Assembly (NCBI GenBank): GCA_025453395.1
Contig: JALOQK010000009.1
Location: 1 to 51,341 of the forward strand
Direction: 5' to 3'
Length of the DNA: 51,341 nucleotides
DNA from: Candidatus Omnitrophota bacterium
GTDB lineage: Bacteria > Omnitrophota > Gorgyraeia > Gygaellales > Profunditerraquicolaceae
Every line of letters begins with the position of its first letter. Position 1 is the stretch's first letter. The position numbers were made by a program, and so were the translations under genes. This document shows, one piece after another, positions 1 through 6,674 of this stretch. A model generated the notes under the pieces. It had not been told where the DNA came from. It made no database searches and was given only the letters and a program-made list of their open reading frames with translations.

Positions 1-98
1 TCTTTGTTGGTCTGATAACTTACAAAGTAACAGGTTTTCTTTGATCTGTGGAGCTTTTTTATTTATTCCCTTTGTCGCACTTTAGTTTACAATCTTCT

Positions 99-310
99 AG
101 CTGTAAGCTGTAAGCTATAAGCTATAAGCTAAATCATAAGAATGAGTAGTGAGGATGAGTAATGAGGTTAGCATGAGAATTAGGTTGAGGAAAAAATTTA
201 AAGATTTTTCCCATACCTGACCCTCACCCCAAACCCACAACCCATAACTCACAACTGACCCTTATAACTTATACTTTTACCTTTTGACTTTTTCCTTTTT
301 ACTTTTATAA
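99..310. repeat. heptamer-periodic composite palindromic element (~30 units of 7 nt)
   Basis: Tiles in one register: AGCTGTA x2, AGCTATA x2, ..., ATGAGNN units, an AT loop, AACCCAC/AACTCAC units, then CTTTTAC/CTTTTGA units. Confidence 0.9.
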
Positions 311-311
311 T
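284..311 (+). promoter_or_regulatory. sigma70-type promoter: TTGACT-16-TATAAT, ATG 7 nt downstream (leaderless)
   Basis: TTGACT at 284-289 and TATAAT at 306-311. The ATG is at 318 and no Shine-Dalgarno is present. Confidence 0.55.
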
Positions 312-317
312 ATATCC

Positions 318-1214
318 ATGCTTCCCAACCAAATGCGCACAGACACATTAACCGGCTTTTTCCTAAGAGAACACCTTGAGCCTTTCCTGCAAGAACAATT
401 CTTAACCACTAAGATTGCCAATACAACCTTTACCATCGCCTTAATTGACCTGGATCGCTTCAAAAGATTCAATGACCGCTATGGCCACCAATTCGGCGAT
501 GAAGTCTTAAAGTATTTCTCCGGCACAATAAAACTAACCCTGCGCGATACCATATTCTTTATTTTCCGCTATGGCGGAGACGAATTTATCGTTGTATTCC
601 CGGAGAAAACCCCTAAAGAAGTCCATTCTATACTTACAAAATTCCGGCATAACCTGCGTTACCGGCCATTCCTGGCTCAAAATCGGCTATACCACATAAG
701 AATGAGCTGCGGCATTGCCGCTGGAATGCATGACGCCAAAACTCCGGCAGAGCTTATCAAGAAAGCCGATGAAGCAATGTATTACGCGAAGCGCCACGGA
801 AGAAATTCCATTACCCACGCTGATCAAATCTTCTGTCTTCGCTTAGTCAACTTTATCGCGGCAATCATAAGCGGAACATTTATAGTTTTAAGCATCCTTA
901 TTGCTTCTAACATTTTCTCTGTAAACATTGAAAGCACGCTGACTTATATAGTAAATAAAATACAGTCCGTTGGAAAAACGCCTATTAAAAAGAATCCGCT
1001 TTCGCACAAAAATTCACCAACAGCTCGGCAAGAAACCTGTGATATCGTTATCTTAAAAAACGGCGGGATATTCGAAGGCAAAATCATCACCGAAACCCAA
1101 GAAAAAATTATCTTTAACCTCTATATGGCCAACGGCGAAGGCATGGCTACTTTTTATAAAAAAGAAATAGAACAGATAAAACACGACCAGCCCCGCATAT
1201 CCGGCTCTCCTTAA
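318..1214 (+). CDS. GGDEF-domain diguanylate cyclase with C-terminal membrane anchor and short beta-rich tail
   Basis: RYGGDEF active-site motif and DRFKRFNDRYGH. A hydrophobic helix (LVNFIAAIISGTFIVLSILIASNIF) follows the catalytic domain. No N-terminal sensor domain. Confidence 0.85.
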   Translation: MLPNQMRTDTLTGFFLREHLEPFLQEQFLTTKIANTTFTIALIDLDRFKRFNDRYGHQFGDEVLKYFSGTIKLTLRDTIFFIFRYGGDEFIVVFPEKTPKEVHSILTKFRHNLRYRPFLAQNRLYHIRMSCGIAAGMHDAKTPAELIKKADEAMYYAKRHGRNSITHADQIFCLRLVNFIAAIISGTFIVLSILIASNIFSVNIESTLTYIVNKIQSVGKTPIKKNPLSHKNSPTARQETCDIVILKNGGIFEGKIITETQEKIIFNLYMANGEGMATFYKKEIEQIKHDQPRISGSP

Positions 1215-1219
1215 GAATT

Positions 1220-2569
1220 TCATTTGCCATGTGGCTTTTGTTCAATATTGATATAATCATCAAAGGTGATTTTCTCCCCTAATTCTTCCTTAACCACGCG
1301 AATCCGATCAGGCACATAAGGGTGAGTTTTGTAATAGCTGTATTCTCGAGGCGGCCGGCGTTTATTTATGTCCTCCAGCTTACCCAAGAAGGCAATCATC
1401 CCTTTGGGGTCATACCCAGCTAATTTAGCGTAGCGCGCAGCTAACTGATCCGCTAAAAGTTCATCTTCGCGCGAATAACCAAGCATTAATTCTGTAAAGG
1501 CCTGGTCCGCGGCTACCCCGGAACCTTCAGCCGCAGCTTGTGCTAATAACACCCTGAACACAGTATAAATTTGGCTTCCCTGTAATTTCTTGATGCTGTG
1601 CCGGGCAACAATATGGCCGACTTCATGGGCGATAACTCCTGCCAGTTGATCATCATCGGTTGCTTTTTCTATCAGTCCGCGGAAAATATAAACATGCCCA
1701 CCAGGAAGGGAAACCGCGTTTACTTCATCTTCATCCAATACGATAAAATGATAGATTATATCTTTTCTGTCACAGACCGCGGCGATCTTCTCTCCAATAT
1801 CTTCAACCCTTTTTTGCATTAAAGGATCATTCACAGGTTTATATTCTTTCTCAATCTGCTTGGCAATAGAGTCGCCCATTGCCACTTCCTTGTCCGTAGA
1901 GTAAAAATAGGTTTCTTCCTGTTTGGTGGCGATGTTGTATTCGGTAGTGCAGCCTGCGATAAAAATACCCCCCAACAAAAGAAAAACAATCACGCCTGAC
2001 TTTCTCAACATTTGATAAAGTTTTCTTATGGGAAGCCCTACAACATTATAAAAACACCCTTCTATTTTACGGATAAAGAAAGCGCCTCTCCCCTGGATAT
2101 CAAAACTTCCTGCCTTGTCTAATGGCGAAGTATGAGTAAAATAATTCTTTATATCCTGGTCAGTTAATTTATCCATATAGACTTTTGTTTTCTCAACACC
2201 GACAAAAACCTTGGAATTATTCTCACTTTTATCAATAAGCGCCAGGCCGGTATAAACCCACTGCGGCTTTAAAGAAAGTTTTTTCAGCATCCTCTTTGCT
2301 GCAATGATATTTTTAGGCTTACCGAATATTTTACCATCTTGAACAGTAATAGTATCGGCTGCGATAATTACTGCGTTTTGCACTTTTTCTGCCGCGGCCC
2401 TGGCTTTTTTTAAGGCGTTGCGCTGGACAAGGCCTGAATAGGATTTACCGCGCGGTTTTTTGTCTTCCTTAACGTTTACCGGCAAGACCTTGAATTTCAG
2501 GCCAAAAATCTTTAACAACTTTTTTCTTGGCCTTGAATTAGAAGCTAAATATATATCTCTCATCTTCAT
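1220..2569 (-). CDS. Maf-like nucleotide pyrophosphatase fused in frame to an M48 zinc metalloprotease with an internal lipoprotein-type signal
   Basis: N-terminal half has Maf motifs (LASNSRPRKKLL, DKAGSFDIQG, VVGLP). An internal MLRKSGVIVFLLLGGIFIAGC signal/lipobox follows, then HEVGHIVARH (HExxH) and a YYKTHPYVPDRI M48 C-terminus. No stop codon separates the halves. Confidence 0.75.
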   Translation of the reverse strand: MKMRDIYLASNSRPRKKLLKIFGLKFKVLPVNVKEDKKPRGKSYSGLVQRNALKKARAAAEKVQNAVIIAADTITVQDGKIFGKPKNIIAAKRMLKKLSLKPQWVYTGLALIDKSENNSKVFVGVEKTKVYMDKLTDQDIKNYFTHTSPLDKAGSFDIQGRGAFFIRKIEGCFYNVVGLPIRKLYQMLRKSGVIVFLLLGGIFIAGCTTEYNIATKQEETYFYSTDKEVAMGDSIAKQIEKEYKPVNDPLMQKRVEDIGEKIAAVCDRKDIIYHFIVLDEDEVNAVSLPGGHVYIFRGLIEKATDDDQLAGVIAHEVGHIVARHSIKKLQGSQIYTVFRVLLAQAAAEGSGVAADQAFTELMLGYSREDELLADQLAARYAKLAGYDPKGMIAFLGKLEDINKRRPPREYSYYKTHPYVPDRIRVVKEELGEKITFDDYINIEQKPHGK

Positions 2570-2577
2570 ATAATATA

Positions 2578-2710
2578 GCGTAAAGTGTAAAACGCAAAGC
2601 GTAAAACTATAGCGTAAAATTAAAAGTTTTGAATTTTAAATTATGGTTTTACGTTTTTCGCTTTCAGTTTTTAGCTGACGGCTAATGGCTGACAGCTGAT
2701 AGCTGCTGAT
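2578..2710. repeat. heptamer-periodic palindromic element (GCGTAAA family plus GCTGACG family; 19 units)
   Basis: GCGTAAA GTGTAAA ACGCAAA GCGTAAA ... TTTTGAA TTTTAAA ... TGACGGC TAATGGC TGACAGC TGATAGC, all in one register. Confidence 0.9.
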
Positions 2711-3936
2711 TCTCCTGCTAAATATCCGGTAGAAAAAGCCGCCTGCAGGTTAAAGCCTCCTGTATCGGCATGCACATCCATGATTTCGCCGGCAAAATAT
2801 AATCCCTTAATAAGGCGCGATTCCATATTCTTAGGGTTGATATCCTTTAATGACACGCCCCCCCTTGTCACCATTGCCTCATCAAAAGTACCGGCAGAAG
2901 ACACTTCAAAAGAAAAATCTTTCAAAACCTGAACAATGCGCGCGCGCTCTTTTTGAGTAACGTAACTGGCCTTTTTAGAAGCATCAATGGAGTTCATCTC
3001 TAAGAACACATCCACTAATCTTAAAGGCAGCAACGATTTCATAATATTGCGTAAGCTGGTGCGATTATTCTGCCCTAATTCTCTTAACATGCGCTTATCC
3101 AGGATTTCATAACTTAAGGCTGGCTTTAAATCTATGTGCACAAAAACCGGCTCTTTTTTTTCCAGCCACAAAACAATCCTGTCGCTTAAGGTAACAACCA
3201 ATGGCCCGGAAATGCCTTTATGCGTAAAAAGCAAATCCCCGATTTCTGAAAGGATATTTTTTGCCCCTTGAGTGAATTTTATCCTGATATTCTCAAGGCT
3301 TAACCCCTGTAAAATAACAGGATACCCTTTTTTTAATTCTAACGGAACTAAACTTGGCCTTAGCGGCTCTATACGGTGAGCTAATTTTCCAGCTATGCGT
3401 ATGCCATCTCCAGTTGAGCCAGTAGCAGGATAGGAAACTCCCCCTGTAGCAAGAATTACCTTCTGCGCTGGCAGAAATTCTTTTCCGGAAAGAATCACTA
3501 ATTCTGGCCTGCCATCTTTAATCTGGATGCCTTCCACGGTCCTGTTCAGGATAAATCTTATTTTTCTATCGCATACCTGGCTTAAAAGAGTATCCCAGAT
3601 ACTTTTTGCAGAATTACTCCTTGGGAAAACACGTTCCTGACGCTCTACTTTTAGTTTTACCCCGAGTTTTTCAAAAAACTGCATTAGGTCTTGGTTGGAG
3701 AATTTCTTAAAGGCATCGCGCAGAAAATCCCCTCCATGAAAAAACTTAGGGATAAAATCTTCCATCGGGATAGAATTGGTAAGATTGCATCTTCCTTTGC
3801 CGCTTAAAAGTATTTTCTGGGCGGGATGCTTGTTTTTTTCTATTAAAATAACCTTGGCGCCAAGTTCGCTGGCGCGGATACTTGCCATAAGGCCTGCAGG
3901 CCCAGCGCCAATAACAATAATTTCTGAATTAGACAT
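2671..3936 (-). CDS. FAD-dependent oxidoreductase, HI0933/YhiN (BaiN-like) family
   Basis: N-terminal VIGAGPAGLMAS dinucleotide-binding motif and C-terminal GGFNLQAAFSTGYLAG typical of the family. ATG at 3936 preferred over the upstream GTG at 3948. The last ~13 codons lie in the heptamer repeat. Confidence 0.85.
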   Translation of the reverse strand: MSNSEIIVIGAGPAGLMASIRASELGAKVILIEKNKHPAQKILLSGKGRCNLTNSIPMEDFIPKFFHGGDFLRDAFKKFSNQDLMQFFEKLGVKLKVERQERVFPRSNSAKSIWDTLLSQVCDRKIRFILNRTVEGIQIKDGRPELVILSGKEFLPAQKVILATGGVSYPATGSTGDGIRIAGKLAHRIEPLRPSLVPLELKKGYPVILQGLSLENIRIKFTQGAKNILSEIGDLLFTHKGISGPLVVTLSDRIVLWLEKKEPVFVHIDLKPALSYEILDKRMLRELGQNNRTSLRNIMKSLLPLRLVDVFLEMNSIDASKKASYVTQKERARIVQVLKDFSFEVSSAGTFDEAMVTRGGVSLKDINPKNMESRLIKGLYFAGEIMDVHADTGGFNLQAAFSTGYLAGESAAISCQPLAVS

Positions 3937-3970
3937 ATAGGCAATCACTCAACTAACTAAGGACAAATAT

Positions 3971-4097
3971 GATAAGAATGAGAAGTTAGGATGAGCAATG
4001 AGTTTAGGGTGAGAATTAGGTTGAGGAAGAAATTTAAATATTTTTCTCACAACCCACCCTCATCCTATTCCCACAACTCACGCCCCACATCTGACCC
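3971..4097. repeat. second copy of the GA-rich arm / AT loop / C-rich arm element
   Basis: The left arm and loop are about 85% identical by eye to 135-210. The right arm shares the CCCACAAC, ACTCAC and CTGACCC blocks. Confidence 0.85.
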
Positions 4098-4112
4098 TAT
4101 TAATATGGAAAA

Positions 4113-4679
4113 TTACCTCAATAAATCTTCTATCGTAAAAATGGATTCTAATTTAATCCCCGCTTGTTTTAAGTTTTCAACAGCTCCTTCATTTCTGTCA
4201 ACAATAACAACCGCTTTTACGATTTCAATGCCTTCTTTATCCAAGGCCTCTTTAGCTTCAATAACCGCCTTGCCGGTTGTGGCCACATCATCAACTACGA
4301 TTACCCGGGCACCTTTTTTAAGGGCCGGACCCTCAATTTGACGCTTGGCGCCATGTTCTTTAGCCGCCTTACGCACGATAAAAGTTTTTATGGGGTGATC
4401 CTTTATATAGCTGAAGCATGCCAGAGCTCCGACAATCGGGTCTGCCCCTAAAGTCGGGCCTCCAACAGCATCAATATTTTGATCATGGATAAGTTCCATG
4501 ATGATACTTGCAACCAAATACGCGCCTTCTGGGGTAAGAGTAATCACCCTGCCGTCTAAATAATAGGTGCTGGTCTTACCGGAAGACAAAACAAAGTTCC
4601 CAGTCTTAAACGCCTCTTTCTTAAGAAGCGCGAGTAATTCTTTTTTCAATTGATTCATATCTTTCTCTGGTAAACACAT
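4113..4679 (-). CDS. pyrE: orotate phosphoribosyltransferase
   Basis: PRPP-binding motif VIVVDDVATTGKA. Length and overall pattern fit PyrE. GGGAGG lies 6 nt upstream of the ATG. Confidence 0.9.
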   Translation of the reverse strand: MCLPEKDMNQLKKELLALLKKEAFKTGNFVLSSGKTSTYYLDGRVITLTPEGAYLVASIIMELIHDQNIDAVGGPTLGADPIVGALACFSYIKDHPIKTFIVRKAAKEHGAKRQIEGPALKKGARVIVVDDVATTGKAVIEAKEALDKEGIEIVKAVVIVDRNEGAVENLKQAGIKLESIFTIEDLLR

Positions 4680-4715
4680 ATATGTCCTCCCATTAATAGT
4701 TATTAAGACGATTAG

Positions 4716-4744
4716 ATTGTAACATTAAATTTTAGAGGTGTCCA
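4716..4744 (-). promoter_or_regulatory. candidate pyrE promoter: TGGACA-17-TACAAT
   Basis: Minus-strand hexamers at 4744-4739 and 4721-4716. The ~35-nt leader contains GGGAGG. Confidence 0.45.
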
Positions 4745-4754
4745 CCCCATCTTT

Positions 4755-4806
4755 AGCTTAAAGCTTATAGCTTATAGCTTACAGCTTACAGCTTACAGCT
4801 GATAAG
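4755..4806. repeat. AGCTTAY heptamer array (7 units), inverse orientation of 99-130
   Basis: AGCTTAA AGCTTAT x2 AGCTTAC x3 AGCTGAT. Its reverse complement gives the AGCTGTA/AGCTATA units seen at 99-130. Confidence 0.9.
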
Positions 4807-4809
4807 TTT

Positions 4810-4838
4810 TTGACAAGTAGCCCTTTGATTGTTATGAT
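4810..4838 (+). promoter_or_regulatory. sigma70-type promoter: TTGACA-17-TATGAT, ATG 7 nt downstream (leaderless comF)
   Basis: TTGACA at 4810-4815 and TATGAT at 4833-4838. The ATG is at 4845 and no Shine-Dalgarno is present. Confidence 0.6.
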
Positions 4839-4844
4839 ATCTTC

Positions 4845-5573
4845 ATGCTTAAGAAAGCATTCAGCAACCTAGTGGATTTGATTTACCCCCGGGTATGCTT
4901 AGCTTGCGCCAAGAAACTGCCTGCCAGCGCAAAAGAAGAAACCTACCTATGCGGGCCTTGTACCAATAAAATCAAAAGAAACAGGCCTCCTTTCTGCCAT
5001 TGTTGCGGGAAACATTTAAATGAGAAAAGTTTGCATAAAAACCTCTGCGTTACCTGCCTTAAAATGCCTCTTTATTTTGACCGCGCTTTTAGCCCCTATA
5101 TCTATGAAGATATCTTAAAAACCTTAATCCATAAATTCAAATACCAGCGCAAAGACTATCTGGGCGGCTTTTTATCCAGTATGCTGCTTGACTTTATCCA
5201 AGATTATGACTTGCCAATTGCCTATTTAGACCTTATAATACCAATTCCGTTACATAAAGCTAAATTAAGAGAACGCGAGTTTAATCAAGCAGAAGTTTTG
5301 GCAAAAGGCATATCCCATAGGTTTAATAAGCCCATGGATACTTTTATCTTAACGCGCCGGACAAATACTAAAAGCCAAACCGCTCTTGATCATGAGAAAA
5401 GATTTCAGAACATCCGGGGGAACTTCGCTTTAGAAAGCCATTCCTCCGTAGAAGGAAAGAATATCCTTCTGGTGGATGATGTCCTAACAACCGGAGCGAC
5501 CTGTTCGGAAGCCGCGCGAATTTTAAAAGAAAAAGGCGCTGGAGTAGTCTTTGTTTTAACCTTGGCCAGCTAA
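4845..5573 (+). CDS. comF: ComF-family phosphoribosyltransferase-like protein
   Basis: N-terminal Cys clusters (CLAC..CGPC, CHCCG..CVTC) plus C-terminal PRT motif LLVDDVLTTGAT. Confidence 0.8.
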   Translation: MLKKAFSNLVDLIYPRVCLACAKKLPASAKEETYLCGPCTNKIKRNRPPFCHCCGKHLNEKSLHKNLCVTCLKMPLYFDRAFSPYIYEDILKTLIHKFKYQRKDYLGGFLSSMLLDFIQDYDLPIAYLDLIIPIPLHKAKLREREFNQAEVLAKGISHRFNKPMDTFILTRRTNTKSQTALDHEKRFQNIRGNFALESHSSVEGKNILLVDDVLTTGATCSEAARILKEKGAGVVFVLTLAS

Positions 5574-5579
5574 CTAAAA

Positions 5580-6674
5580 ATGAAAATACTGCGTAATTAT
5601 TTCCTCAAAGAATTCTTAGGCCCCCTGTTCTTATCGCTATTGGTACTTACCTTTATTATGCTTATCGGAAATCTGATCAAGATCACGGAACTAGTAATAA
5701 ATAAAGGTGTGGATATATTTACCGTATCCAAGCTCTTCTTGTTCATGATACCGTATCTTTTGACCTACACCCTTCCAATTTCAGCATTGACTGCTTCGCT
5801 TATGTCTTTAGGCAGGCTCTCTGGGGACAATGAGATTATCGCCATAAAAGCAAGCGGGATTAATATCTTCCGCTTGATCGTGCCGCAATTAATTGTCGGA
5901 GTGATCTTAAGCCTCTTTTTAGTCATCTTTAACGACCGGGTCATCCCTTACGCGCACTTTGCCTCTAGAAAAATGCTTGTGGAAGTCGGCATAAAAAATC
6001 CTGCCGCCGCCCTTGAGCCGGGAGTTTTCATTAATTCTTTCCAAAAATATGTGCTTTTTATTTATCGCATTGAAGAAAACAAGCTAATTAATATCCGTAT
6101 CTATGAGCCGCAGGAAGGAAAACCCACCCGCACCATTGTCGCTAAAAATGGGGAGTTTATAGTCCTGCCGGAAACTAACACCATAAAACTAAAACTTATT
6201 GACGGCACATCTGATGAGCCTGACCCGGAAAATCCGACCAATTTTTATAAACTTAATTTCAAAACTTATTTTATGAACCTTGATTTAGCGCAAATGCAAA
6301 AAAAATCTGATATCCAGAAGAAACCAAAGGACATGACCATCAAAGAACTGCAAAGTGAAATAGCAAGGCTTGAGAAAGAAAAAATAGACCCTGCGCCGCT
6401 TTTAACAGAGATAAATGAGAAAATCGCGCTTGCCTTTTCCTGCCTTGTGTTTATCCTGTTGGGTTCATCTACCGCGATCATTACCAGAAGAAGAGAGAAA
6501 AGCATAAATTTCGGGATTGCTTTTTTAATCGTGGGGCTGTATTACATTCTTTTGATCGGCTCCGAAGCGTTAAGCCTGCAAGGGTATATAAATCCCATGC
6601 TTGCCATGTGGTTACCCAATATCATACTTGGGACAGTTGGAGCTATCCTAACTTATAGGTTATGCGCATATTAG
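5580..6674 (+). CDS. lptF: LPS export ABC permease LptF (YjgP/YjgQ family)
   Basis: About 360 aa with three N-terminal and three C-terminal TM helices around a periplasmic domain. Paired with a paralogous downstream gene. Confidence 0.8.
   Translation: MKILRNYFLKEFLGPLFLSLLVLTFIMLIGNLIKITELVINKGVDIFTVSKLFLFMIPYLLTYTLPISALTASLMSLGRLSGDNEIIAIKASGINIFRLIVPQLIVGVILSLFLVIFNDRVIPYAHFASRKMLVEVGIKNPAAALEPGVFINSFQKYVLFIYRIEENKLINIRIYEPQEGKPTRTIVAKNGEFIVLPETNTIKLKLIDGTSDEPDPENPTNFYKLNFKTYFMNLDLAQMQKKSDIQKKPKDMTIKELQSEIARLEKEKIDPAPLLTEINEKIALAFSCLVFILLGSSTAIITRRREKSINFGIAFLIVGLYYILLIGSEALSLQGYINPMLAMWLPNIILGTVGAILTYRLCAY

Noticed and set aside
3991-4341. 116-aa plus-strand ORF starting in the 3971-4097 repeat.
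   Set aside because: The N-terminal half is a translation of the heptamer repeat, and the rest is antisense to pyrE.
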